A stretch of 64,000 bases of DNA, from NCBI RefSeq assembly GCF_009914755.1, contig NC_060946.1; one strand, given 5' to 3'. Within the stretch, counting starts at the first letter, position 1; each line of letters opens with the position of its first letter. A program made the position numbers and the translations under genes. The notes beneath the pieces were generated by a model. The model saw nothing but the letters and a program-made list of their open reading frames with translations, did not search any database and had not been told where the DNA came from. This stretch comes from the human T2T-CHM13v2.0 reference genome, Homo sapiens. Shown here piece after piece: positions 1 through 16,537 of the stretch.

Positions 1-192
1 ATACAAGCCTTTAAAGAATGACATTTGCCGTCACCCAGTAGGACATATCTTGAGATGAAATCAGAGTTGTGGGCTTTGCAGACAACAGCAGTCATTTCTG
101 GTGGCTTCCGGGAGTGGAGGGGGACTGCAGCTTTGGCAATGTAGGTGATACCAAAAGGACTATAGTAATTTTTTCTTAGTAATTAAAAACTA

Positions 193-789
<597 letters not shown>

Positions 790-1914
790 CCCCAGCCATA
801 ACAATATACATGTATGTTATACAATAACCAAACCAATATAGAAGGGTATATAGTGAAAGGAGAAGTATTGTTGTGGGTAAAATTGTTTCTATGAATAAAT
901 GGCTGATCCAGTATTTTTTTCCTCCAAAAAAACACCTTTTCCCCTTTGATTTAGTGTATACCACACAGAGTCGCTTAGCCGATTCAGTGACTTTTTTGAT
1001 AGCTGGAGAATGCTTCCTAATGGTTGCAGGTGTGTAGGGGTTTTCTTGACAGTTTCAGTAAGAAAGTGAATGTTGTGCCATAGGAAAGCTTTATCACAGG
1101 TGCACGTTGGTAGCCAACCAAATAACGTGAGTGTCAAGTACAGTATCTAGTGAGTGGAGAATAACTGTAATAATTACAATTACAGTTGTAGTTAAAGTGA
1201 AGTTTGTATCAAAATTTCTGTTTCAAAGGTGAACTTTTAGGGGGTGTATCTGCAGTGTTTCCTCCTCAGATGTGATTTCTCTGAAGCAGTGGTTCTCTAT
1301 AACTGACTTGACACACAGTGCATCTGATATTTCGAATGACTTAAGTGATAGTATCAAAATTACTATCATATACATATTTAAATCACATGACTAACTTGTG
1401 TGTGGTATTATGCAAACTGCTCAGCTCAGTAAGGGAACAGAAATAAGAAAAAAAAAGGACAATATTGGGAGTCTTTTATACAATTAAATTTGTTCGATTA
1501 AAGGACTATCCTTTCTAAAAAAAAAAAAAAAAAGTCCTGCTTTCTTGGTGTTAAAATAAAGCATCTTTTATGAAATGATGGTGATAGTAAATGGTGATAT
1601 ACAGTAAATGTAAATAATAGCAAATACAAGGTTAGTTATCTTATTGTGATTTGTAAAAATAAAGAGAGCCGAGAATCTCGTTTTGCTGCTATTGTTTGGG
1701 AGTTCAGGAAAAAGTTCCTGGGGCTTTTGTTGTTAAGAAGATTCAAATACAAATTATTTCTTAAGAGTAAATATGAGTTTATTTTGAGGTCATTTGTCAC
1801 AGTCTACTGAGAAATCCACTGAGAAAGCTTTTAAGTTTGCCTGGTATTAAAGATGTTCCTATTCTGATCATTGTTAAATAGATCTTTTCTTATTAGATAT
1901 AAAATGTCAGGAGA

Positions 1915-2207
<293 letters not shown>

Positions 2208-2755
2208 CAGGAGATTTTTTTGTGTTGTGCCAACAAAATAAGCCTAGGCAGGGAAATTCCTTCTGGTGGTTGGAATTGTTAGTACTGAATAGACTAGCTG
2301 CGAGGTAAAAACCCCCATGGGGTTTTCTGTCAGCTCAGATATCATTGTGACCCCAGTCTTTTGCTGTGAAATAACATGACCATTAAGAAAGTAGCCTTAA
2401 ACAATGTATTTTGGGTATGTTGAGGAGGAGGGACAATTATGATCTGTTCCAAAGTGAACATAACAGATGATCCCTGTGTCTGTGAAGCCTTTAAAATTTA
2501 TAGTGCTCTTCTTCTGTTAATTTCAAGTAAGATTTAGTTATTGTGACATACTCTTAAAAAACCTGCGGTGTATCAAAAGGCTCATTTTTAAAGCATCTTG
2601 AAAGGAAATTAATAATGTAATATCTACTTCAGAATAGTAGTTTTTACATTCTGAAGACTGACTGACTGCTCTCAGCCACTTCTGAGTTCTCAATTTTCAA
2701 AGGATAATTTGGTAACTCCATAAAGAAAATCCGTAAATAAGAGAGTGAATATCTT

Positions 2756-3056
2756 CTTTTTGTTTGTTTGTTTTTGAGATGGAGTCTCCCTCTGTCGCCC
2801 AGGCTGGATTCCAGTGGCCTGATCTCGGCTCACCGCAAGCTCCGCCTACCGGGTTCACGCCATTCTCCTGCCTCAGCCTCTGGCGTAGTTGGGACTACAG
2901 GCGCCCGCCACCACACCCGGCTAATTTTTTATATTTTTAGTAGAGACGGGGTTTGACCGTGTTAGCCAGGATGGTCTCGATCTCCTGACCTCGTGATCAG
3001 CCCGCCTCGGCCTACCAAAGTGCCGGGATTAAAGGCGTGAGCCACAGCGCCCGGCC
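2756..3056 (-). mobile_element. AluY element with 15-bp TSD
   Basis: AluY-type CGCCATTCTCC and GTTAGCCAGGATGGTCTCGATC, many intact CpGs; TSD GAGAGTGAATATCTT at 2741-2755 and 3059-3073. Confidence 0.95.
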
Positions 3057-4179
3057 CTGAGAGTGAATATCTTTTAACAGTGTTTTTCCTGATCTTTTCC
3101 AACATCTTCATTGTGGTTCTGTCCTTTATTTTTTGATTAAATCCAGAGGTTTACTTCTGCCTGTATCTTTCCAAACTATTAATCTGTTCACAATCACTTT
3201 CCCATTTAAACCCTTCAGCAACCCCAGTACCTTCGTAATAAGGTCTCCTTAGCTTGGTATCCAGAACACTTCAATACTGGGCTTTGACCCCTGTTCTCCT
3301 TTCCCCACCTCTGTTTAGGTGCTTCACTGAGCTGCACCGAACAGCTCTTGGCCCCTTGAAATCTCTGCAGTCTCCTTGTCTCCCTCTGCTGGAATATTCT
3401 TCTCTCACTTCATCTGATCATTGCCTTCAAAACTCAGCTCATTTTCTTATTTCCTTGCCCTTTTCATGTCCCTTGTTTTCCTCTGATTAAATTAATGTTC
3501 CAAACTCAAAAGAAAAACAACTCAGCTCAGGCATCACCTTTCCTGGAAGGCTTCCCTAGTCCTCCTGCCTCCTGCAGACTTGTCTGGCACCCTGTGCATT
3601 TGGGATTTGGCACACTATGTCTCGTCTGCGGCCTCCACTGGACGATGAGACCGTAAGTGTGTGGCTTGACAGAAAGTTGTTGACTCTGCTGGGGTGCTGG
3701 TACAGTGCTGGGCACGGCAGTGTTACAGAGGAAGTGAGCCACTTAGTTTCTGCCCTTAGGAGCTTTTCTTCTAGTTGCAGTTGACCCTGACAGCTGTGAG
3801 ACACCTCCCAGTAGTGCATACCAACTTTCAAAGTCTGTTTAATTGTATCTTAGTGTCTGATTCCAATTTTATTTCTTGAAGGAGGGGAGTGTCTCTAATG
3901 TCTTATTTTGGCACCCAGAGACCAGGTAGGCATCATTTTTGTCCCAAATTGTGGAAGGAATGTACATTTGGCACAGATTACTTCCCTTTTTTCTCTTGTA
4001 CACCTTTCACCTTTTTTGTTTTTGTCTTTTTTTTTTTTTTGAATTTGATGTGTTTGGACAGTAAGGGTTTACAAGATTAAGATTAAATTTCAACTTTGTC
4101 TATTGTACATATAGCCTAAGGAAAACAAAAAGTTAAAGAGGAAAAATACATTGCCTCTAAGAAGAAGACTCATTATTCA

Positions 4180-4485
4180 ACTTTTTTTATTTTTAATTGT
4201 TTTCAGAGACTGGGTCTCACCCTATCACCCAGGCTGGAGAGGTGATCACAGCTCACCGTAGCCTTGAACTCCTGGGTTCAAGGGTTCCTCTTGCCTTAGT
4301 CTTCTCACTAGCTGAGACTGCAGGCCCGCACCAGCACACCTGGCTAATTTTACAAAAATTGTTTTGGAGAGATGTGGTCTTGCCATCTTGCCTAGGCTGG
4401 TGTGGACCTCCTGGGTTCAAGCAAACCTCCCACCTTGGCCACCCTAAGTGTTGGGATTACAGGCGTGACCCATTGTGCCCAGCCT
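4180..4485 (-). mobile_element. AluJ-like element
   Basis: Diverged reverse Alu dimer. Confidence 0.88.
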
Positions 4486-4599
4486 AAACTTTTTTTTTTT
4501 TTTTTAATGCTGAGCTGTACACAGAAGAAAGTAAAGGTATTGGTCAATCCTAGGAAAGAAGTATGCAAAGAAACTGGTGGCAGGCTGGATGTGGGCATA

Positions 4600-4925
4600 T
4601 TTCAGGGCTTTGGAAGGTGAAGAGGAGAGGATTGCTTGAGGCTGAGAGTTCGAGACCAGCCTGGGCAACATAACGAGACCCTGTCTGTACAGATAAACAT
4701 TTTATAATTAGCCAGGTGTATGTACCCTAGAACTTAAAGTATAATAAAATAAAATAAAATAAAATTCACCAGGTGTGGTGGTGCACACCTGTAGTCTCTG
4801 CTACTCGAGAGGCTGAGGCAGGGGGATCTCCTGAGTCCAGGTGTTTGAGGCTGCAGTGAGCCAGGATCACACCACTGTTCTCCAGCCTGGGCTACAAAGC
4901 GAGACTCTGTCTCTAAAGAAAAACA
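4600..4925 (+). mobile_element. AluJ-like element interrupted by a mini L1 3'-end insertion
   Basis: Alu left and right arms separated by TGTACCCTAGAACTTAAAGTATAATAAAA. Confidence 0.85.
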
Positions 4926-4964
4926 TACTGGTGGCATTGTCAAGATTTGTCAAGAAATAGCCAT

Positions 4965-5090
4965 TATGCTGGGCCCAGTGGTGTGCACCTGTAGTGCCAG
5001 CTTTTCAGGAGGCTGAAGTGGGAGAATCTCTTGAGCCTAGGAGTTTGAGTTCAGCTTGGGCAGCATTGCAAGAGCCCAGTCTCAAAAATA
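4965..5090 (+). mobile_element. FLAM/Alu monomer
   Basis: Single diverged Alu monomer with short A tail. Confidence 0.75.
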
Positions 5091-5844
5091 TTAGGTCAAT
5101 AAGATTTATTTTAATTAAACAAGAAAAAGAAATATCTGCTAAAATTTAAAGCTATTCTATTCTTCCTCTCTCTCTTCTAGTGTTCTTGGGGAAGATCCCG
5201 ACTAAGCCATTTTCCAGTGGCACCTCTTCCACCATGAGTTCCTGAGGCAGTCCGATGGGGCTACTTTATTCCAGAACAATCACAGTGAGACCTCTTCTCC
5301 CGATAAATGCCCCTTTTCTCTCCTTAATATATTATCTTGCTTACAAAACACTGGTGTCTCCTTATCATTGTTTGGTTCTATCCCACTGGGACCAAGAATT
5401 CTTGCCCAGGAGCAACTGAATTTTCTTCTTGCTTGCTTTTTAAAACTTTGGTGGGGTAGAGCCAATTTTAAATCTTCTGATCCATTTTTTCATTGTTTTT
5501 CTCGCCCTTCTGCATTTTCTGCAAATTCCGTTGAATCATTGCAGTTACTTAGGTTTGCTTCGTCTCCCCCATTACAAACTACTTACTGGGTTTTTCAACC
5601 CTAGTTCCCTCATTTTTATGATTTATGCTCATTTCTTTGTACACATCATCTTGCTCCATCTCCCAACTCATGGCCTCTGGCCCTGGATTATTGTTTTAGT
5701 CTTTTATTTTTTTGTCTTCTTCTACCTCAACACTTATCTTCCTCTCCCAGTCTCCTGTACCCTATCACCAAGGTTGTCATTAACCTTTCATATTATTCCT
5801 CATTATCCATGTATTCATTTGCAAATAAGCGTATATTAACAAAA

Positions 5845-6530
5845 TCACAGGTTTATGGAGATATAATTCACATACCTTAAAATTCAGGCTTTTAAAGTGT
5901 ACCTTTCATGTGGTTTTTGGTATATTCACAAAGTTATGCATTGATCACCACCATCTGATTCCATAACATGTTCAATACCTCAAAAAGAAGTCTGTACTCA
6001 TTAGTAGCCATTTCACATTCACCACTCCCTCTGGCTCTGGGCAGTCACTGATCTTTGTGTCTCTATGGATTTGCCTAGTCTAGGTATTTTTATGTAAATG
6101 GAATCATACAACATGTGACCTTTTGTTTGGCTTTTTTCATTTAGCAAAATGTTATCAAGGTCTATCCCTGTTGTAGCATGTATTAGCACTTCATTTCTTA
6201 TATGCTGAATGATATACTTTATTTGTCCATCAGTTGTTCATGCTTTATTTGTCCATCAGTTGATGAACATTTGCATTTTTGCCACTTTGGGCTATTATGA
6301 ATAATGCTACTGTGAACAAGTGTGTACAAGTTCCTCTGCAAATTTTTGTGTGGACATATCCTTTCAGTTCTCTCAGGTGTATATCTGGGAGTTGAATTGC
6401 TGGGTCATGTAGTAGCTATGTTAAACATTTTGAGAAACTGCTATAATGTTCTCCAGAGCTGTACCATTTTAAATTCTGTGTATGAGGATTCCACGTTCTC
6501 CACTTCCTCACCAGTGTATGGATTTGGGGG
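5845..6530 (-). mobile_element. Old L1M 3' region
   Basis: Typical L1M 3'UTR antisense text (TATAATTCACATACC...AAATGGAATCATACAA...TTGCTGGGTCAT). Confidence 0.8.
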
Positions 6531-6554
6531 TATACTTTTTAAAAAGTGGGATTA

Positions 6555-6858
6555 GGCTGGGCACAGTGGCTCACACCTGTAATCCCAACACTTCAGGAAG
6601 CTGAGGTGGGAGGATCACTTGAGCCTAGTAGTTTGAGACCAGCCTGGGCAACATAGGGAGACCCTGTCTCTACAAAAAATAATTTAAAATAAATTAGCTG
6701 GGCGTTGTGGCACACACCTGTAGTCCCAGCTACATGGGAGGCTGAGGCGGAAGGATTCCCTGAGCCCAGAAGTTTGAGGTTGCAGTGAGCCATGATGGCA
6801 GCACTATACTGTAGCCTGGGTGTCAGAGCAAGACTCCGTTTCAGGGAAGAAAAAAAAA
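6555..6858 (+). mobile_element. AluJ-like element
   Basis: Alu dimer; AAAAAGTGGGAT on both flanks (TSD). Confidence 0.92.
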
Positions 6859-7864
6859 GTGGGATGATATTTTTGACACTTTTCTTCTTGTTTTCTTAAT
6901 TTCATACTTCTGGAAATTCCATTAAATTAGCTGGTACCACTCTAACTCATTGTGTTTCATGGCTGCATAGTAATATTGCATAATATAAATATACCATTCA
7001 TTCATCAAAGTTAGCAGATATTGACTGTTAGGTGCCAGGCACTGCTCTAAGCGTTGAAGAAAAACACACAAAAACTTTAGCATTCTTAGAGTTTATTTTC
7101 CAATGGAGGGGGTGGAGGGAGGTAAGAATTTAGGAAATAAATTAATTACATATATAGCATAAGGTTTCACCAGTGAGTGCAGCTTGAATCGTTGGCGGCT
7201 TTCTTAGTAGTATAAATACAGTACTAAAGATGAAATTACTCTAAATGGTGTTACTTAAATTACTGTAATAGGTATTACTATTAGTCACTTTGCAGGTGAA
7301 AGTGGAAACACCATCGTAAAATGTAAAATAGGAAACAGCTGGTTAATGTGGCTCTGGAGTTTTTCTAGGACATAAACTGATGAGCTAGAAAAGTAAATGT
7401 GTCAGTCCTTGGTAGCAAAGTTTGTACGTTTATAAATTTTATCCAAATCCTCTTAATCTAGTAATTAATAGACACTCTTCACAAAAGGATGAGGGAGGTA
7501 TATGTGTATGTGTTGAAAGGTTCCGAAGGATGCAACCGAGAGTACTTTGGGGGACGTGGCAAAACTTCCAGGCCCATTCAAGAGTCTTGTTTTCTCCCTG
7601 AGCTTTTATGTATTTATTATATTGCCCTATTAATTATTGAGATTGTGCCTTACAGTAAAAGCTGCTTTAAATTGTTGACGCTATAATTTAAAATAATCTG
7701 GGTCACCTAGAGTGGTTAAGCCTGGAAGAAAAGGATGTCCTTCCTGCCAGGGCAGATTGTATGTAGATATGCAACCTGGTTGCGCCTGTGCTGACCTCTA
7801 CTCTGTTGGGCCTGGAAGTATGCAGTTCAACGTTTCTCTTCTGATGTTTTTTTGGGGGGGGGTT

Positions 7865-8303
7865 TTGTTTTTTTTTTGTTTGTTTTTTGAGACGGAGTCT
7901 CACTCTGTCACCCAGGCTGGAGTGCAGTGGCATGATCAGGGCTCACTGCAACCTCCGCCCATCCAGGTTTAAGCAATTGTCTGCCTCAGCCTCTGGAGTA
8001 GCTGGGATTATAGGCGCATGCCACCACATCTGGCTAATTTTTTGTATTTTTAGTAGAGACGGGGTTTCACCATCTTGGCCAGGCTGGTCTTGCACTCCTG
8101 ACCTCATGATCCACCCACCTCAGCCTCTGGAGCAGCTGGGATTATAGGCGCATGCCACCACGTCTGGCTAATTTTTTGTATTTTTAGTAGAGACGGGGTT
8201 TCATCATCTTGGCCGGGCTGGTCTTGCATACCTGACCTCATGATCCACCTGCCTCAGCCTCCCAAAGTGCTAGGATTATAGGCGTGAGCCACTGTGCCCA
8301 GCT
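7865..8303 (-). mobile_element. AluS element with 134-bp internal tandem duplication (trimeric)
   Basis: Repeat units at 7984-8117 and 8118-8251. Confidence 0.93.
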
Positions 8304-8344
8304 TTTGTTCTGATTTTTTTAAAAAATTTGACTTTGTTTACTTT

Positions 8345-8478
8345 TTATTTTATTTTTATTTAGAGACAGAGTCTCACTATTTTGCACAGGCTGGTCTCGA
8401 ATTCCCAGGCTCAAGTGATCCTCTTCCCTCGGCCTCCCAAATGCTGGGATTACAGGCATGAGCCACTGCACCTGGCCT
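8345..8478 (-). mobile_element. FLAM/Alu left monomer
   Basis: Reverse Alu monomer with T-rich tail. Confidence 0.85.
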
Positions 8479-8509
8479 TAACTTTGAAATGAAGTTAGAA
8501 ATGTACATT

Positions 8510-8524
8510 TTATTATTATTATTA

Positions 8525-8566
<42 letters not shown>

Positions 8567-8843
8567 GAAACAGGTCTAGCTCTGTTGCCCAGGCTGGAGG
8601 GCAACAATGGTGCAATCACAGCTCACTGCAGCCTCCACCTCCTGGGCTCAAGTGATTTTCCTGCCTCAGCATCCTGAGTAGTTGGGACTACAGGTACTCA
8701 TCACCACAGCTAATTTTTATTTTTGTAGAGACAGCGTCTCACTATGTTGCCTAAGCTGATCTCACACTCCTGGGCTTGAGTGATTCTCCTGCCTCGGTCT
8801 CCTAAAGTGCTAGGATTATATGTGTAAGCCACTGTGCCCAGCC
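8510..8843 (-). mobile_element. AluJ-like element whose tail has become an (ATT)n microsatellite (8510-8565)
   Basis: Reverse Alu; TSD-like AGAAATG(T/C)ACATTTTA on both sides. Confidence 0.9.
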
Positions 8844-9039
8844 TAGAAATGCACATTTTAGACACACATTTACTCAACTTTCCTATTGCCCGCCCAGGAC
8901 TATCCAACTGTATTTTTGTGCCTCAGAGTCCTTTCACATGTTCTGCTTTTACTGGGAACTCATAGGCAGTAAGATCAAATGCTGACCTTTGAGGCATCTA
9001 CGCACTTCCAAAATCTGCTTCCTCTCTCATTTGCGACTT

Positions 9040-9318
9040 TATTTATTTATTTTTTGAGATGGAGTCTCACTCTGTTGCCCAGGCTGGAGTTCAGTGGCAC
9101 GATCTTGGCTCACTGCAGCTCTGCCTCCTAGGTTCAAGTGATTCACCTGCCTCAGCCTCCTGAGTAGCTGGGATCACAGGCAAGCACCACCACACCCAGC
9201 TAATTTTTATATTTTTGGTAGAGATGGGGGTTTCACCATGTTGACCAGGCTGGTTTCAAACTCCTGACCTTGGCCTCCCAAAGTGCTGGGATTACAGGTG
9301 AGAGCCACCATGCCCGTC
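9040..9318 (-). mobile_element. AluS element with a small internal deletion
   Basis: Reverse Alu; flanks CTCATTTGC(G/C)ACTTT. Confidence 0.92.
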
Positions 9319-9397
9319 CTCATTTGCCACTTTAAATTGGAGGAGATGAAAAAATTATGTATCCTCAAAAGCTCAGGGTTTCCTATTTGGGACTTCA

Positions 9398-9731
<334 letters not shown>

Positions 9732-9949
9732 CTATTTGTTTCCAAATGGCACGCAAGGAAGATAGTAATCTCTGAGTGTTAAGCCAGCAGATTTTGCCAC
9801 TTCATTTTGTGTGCTAACTCAAGAAATCAGGACACCTGATGAGTTGAGGTGTTCAAGGTAAAGCTCTGCTATGCCCCCTCCTTCATAGGCTGTTCTGCTT
9901 GGGCCTCCCAGTAATGGAGGACTACCTCTTTGCTTGCTAGAGTCTCTAC

Positions 9950-10315
<366 letters not shown>

Positions 10316-10809
10316 TGAAGTGACAAGTTCTCTTCTCTTTTCCTTCTGCCCCTCATCACCTTTTTCTTCCTCATTTCTTTTTTGAATTTTGCTGTCTTGA
10401 ATTGATGTCTAAAGGATGACATAGCAGACAAGGGGCCTGACACATGAACTCTCATGAGTTACTGAGGAGTTTCTCAGTGCTCTGTCTGCATCATCTGCTC
10501 GCTCTCTCCTTCCTAGGTGCTAGCCTGCCAACCTGCTTTGAGAAATTGGAAATGAATCGGGGGGTAATCAGCCTCCCCTTGTACATGTAGGGACCGCATC
10601 TCCAATGCCTTGCTTTACACAATAACGAATGGTGTTTTGCTTACCTACTTCCACACAAACTGCTGATATGGTTAGGATTTGGGAAAAGGGAAGAAGGGAA
10701 TTTTGGGTTTTGAGGAGTAGCTGGGGCTTGAACAAAGAAGAGGTAGTAATGAACATTCCTGGGGTGAGGCAATTAGTTAGCTGAGGGAGAAGAAGGCATA
10801 TAATAAATT

Positions 10810-11403
10810 AGGGATTGACAGACTGTCTGTAAAGGGCCAGACAGTAAATGTTTTAGTCATTGAAGACCTTAAGGTCTCTGTTGCAACTAATCAACTCCAT
10901 CATTGTAGTGCAAAAGTAACCACAGCCACTACAGATGTGAATGAATGTGACTATGTTTCAATAACTTTTTCTTTTTTTCTTTCTTTTTTTTTGAGACAGT
11001 GTCACTCTGTTGCTCAGGCTGGAGGGCAGCAGCCTGATCATAGCTTATTGCAGCCCTGACTTCCCAGGCTCAAGTGATCCTCCCACCTCAGCCTTCCAGG
11101 TAGCTGGGACTACAGACACACGCCACCACGCCCCACTAATTTTTGTATTTTTTGTAGAGGCGGGGTTTCACCATGTTGGCCAGGCTGGTCTTGAACTCCT
11201 GAACTTCTGGGCTCATGCTATCCACCCTCTTCGGCCACTGAAAGTGTTGGGATTGCAGGCATGAGCCAGTGTCCAGCCCAAAATAGTCTTTTGATTTTTT
11301 TTCCCCAACCATTTAAAAGTTCAAAACATTCTTAGTTTTTGGGCTGAAAAAAAACAAGTGATGGGTCAGATTTAGCCCTGGATTGTGGTTTGTTGACCCC
11401 TGT
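10810..11403 (+). mobile_element. MER58-like hAT DNA transposon interrupted by a minus-strand Alu (10966-11280)
   Basis: CTGTAAAGGGCCAGACAGTAAAT start and TTGTTGACCCCTG end flank an Alu. Confidence 0.7.
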
Positions 11404-11569
11404 CATAGAGGAACAGGAAGCAGAGAGGACTGGTTATAGGGCCTGGGAAACCAAGCCAGGGAGTTAGACTTAAGGTAGTGTGAAAGAGGAAACCATTTTT
11501 GTAATGTAATGAAAAATTTAAAGGAAGGATATTTTGTATTTATATGTGTTCCTGGAAAATCTCAGTTTT

Positions 11570-13990
<2,421 letters not shown>

Positions 13991-15542
13991 CCATTCCAGG
14001 CCAGTGGGGTGACTCATGCAGAGTAGAGGGAGTTGATGAGAAGAGAAAGGGAGAGACACATAGTTGCCAGTATTTTTCAGCAGTAATTCATGCTATTCAC
14101 ATCATACCTTTGATTTTCGTCTGTTTTTCAAGTAACAGGCTGAGGCAGAAGAATCACTTGAACCCTGTAGGTGGAGGTTGCAGTGAACTGAGATCATGCT
14201 ATTGCACTCCAGCCTGGGCTACAGAGCAAGACACCATCTCCAAAAACATGAAAATTACAAATAAGTAAATGTGAATTTCAGATAAATAGCGATGACTCTT
14301 TTGGTCTAAGTATACCCTAAATGTTGTCTGGATAAAAGACACTTAGGTGAGTGCTGTGGCCAGGAAGGCAAGAGGGATGGGGGACCAACCAACTAGAGAC
14401 AAGGGAAGGTATCACTAAGGACACGGCAGTGGAACTGAGTCCTGAAGGGACCCACGAGCAATTATTTCTCAGGGAAGAAAATGGTAAGGGGTTTTCAGGG
14501 GTAGGAACAGTAGGAGCCAAAGTGTGGGTATGTGAGAGTGTGTGACTATGTGTGCACGTAAAATGGAAATGAGATGGAGGGATGGGTTGGAACCTGGATT
14601 CGAAGAAGCAGGTATCGGCCCTGGGGTATTTGGCCTGGGACAGTGAGGCATTATTTTACAGGAGAGTGGCCTGGTGGGATGTGTGCTTTAGAGTGTGGAC
14701 ACACAGCTGTGGCACAGAAGGATTGCTGGCAGGGGAGGGCGACAGGAGGCTGCCAGAGTTGTCCAGCTGGACTTCTTCCCTGACACAGACAGGCTGGCAT
14801 AGGATTGGTGTGGTAGTGGGGATGGGAAGGAGGGAATGCCGCGAGGTCAGGAACTTCCTCCAGTCGCCAAGAGGCGTCTTGACCGTTTAAAAATGTCTCT
14901 GAAGATTTAGCACACCAAGGCCCCCTATAGTCCCAGGGTATAGGCCACCCTTGAGATTAGAAAGAAACCCCTGGGAGCTGTGGTGGGGTGGGTGTGGCTG
15001 TTGGAGGTGTCCCTATTCAGACTCCTGCTCTACCATTTGCTTTGGGATCACCTTTTACAGTGGATCTGATATTATAATACCCACTTCTTATGATGAAAAG
15101 GAACTGAATGAGTGTGGAATCCCTAGGACCCCGCTGGAATATAATGGGCCCTCGGGGTTTAGTTTCTTTCCTTCTTGCCGGTGAGGTTTGAGAGGGACTG
15201 GAGAACAGTGGATTTCGACCATCCATTTGGGGTTGTCAGTCTGTGCCAGGCCAGCTGGAGACTACAAAAAGGAGGTACAGGTAAGCAATGAGGCCCTGTG
15301 GTTCATTCTCAGATTTCATTCCAGGAGATCAGAGAGAGCCTTTTCTGGAACTGTATCCTTTCTTGGGAAATATGGGTGGAAATCCAAGGGCCCTGTGCAT
15401 AGATTTTCCCTTCTCTTTCAGCTTTGCCAGCTGCCAGAACTGTGGCTTTCTCAGCAGATTGTCTGTACACATGAGACCTTTTTTACGGAATGGTTTACAG
15501 AAAGACAAACCCTTCCTTCCAAGTTTAACCAGTCCCCTTATA

Positions 15543-15773
15543 CCAAGGTTTCCCAACCTTGGCTGTATTGATATTTTAGGCTGTATAATTCTTTGTCGTG
15601 GGGGGCTGTCCAGTGTGTTGTAGGGAGTTTACTAGGATTCCTGGCCTCTTACACACTCACTGTCTGTAGCACCTTGCCTCCCACCCAGTTGTGACAACCA
15701 AAAATGTCTACAGACAGTGCCAAATATCCCCTAGGGTACAAAATTATCCCCTACTCCTCATTAAGTACCACTG
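15543..15773 (+). mobile_element. MER20 DNA transposon
   Basis: CCAGTTGTGACAACCAAAAATGTCT...GCCAAATATCCCCT signature. Confidence 0.8.
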
Positions 15774-15788
15774 CTTTATACTCACTAG

Positions 15789-16069
<281 letters not shown>

Positions 16070-16200
16070 GGAAAAATAACTTCTTAGCATTTTTTATTAA
16101 TTTCTTTTTAACCTAACCAGTGAAATGCTTGTTGAAAAAAAGTCTTCTCTTTTACTAAACTGAATTTGAATTCCAATCTATTTTAACTTATTTAGTTTAG

Positions 16201-16537
<337 letters not shown>

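Noticed and set aside
8377-8677. Poly-Ile ORFs resembling signal or transmembrane segments
   Set aside because: They come from the (ATT)n Alu tail microsatellite.
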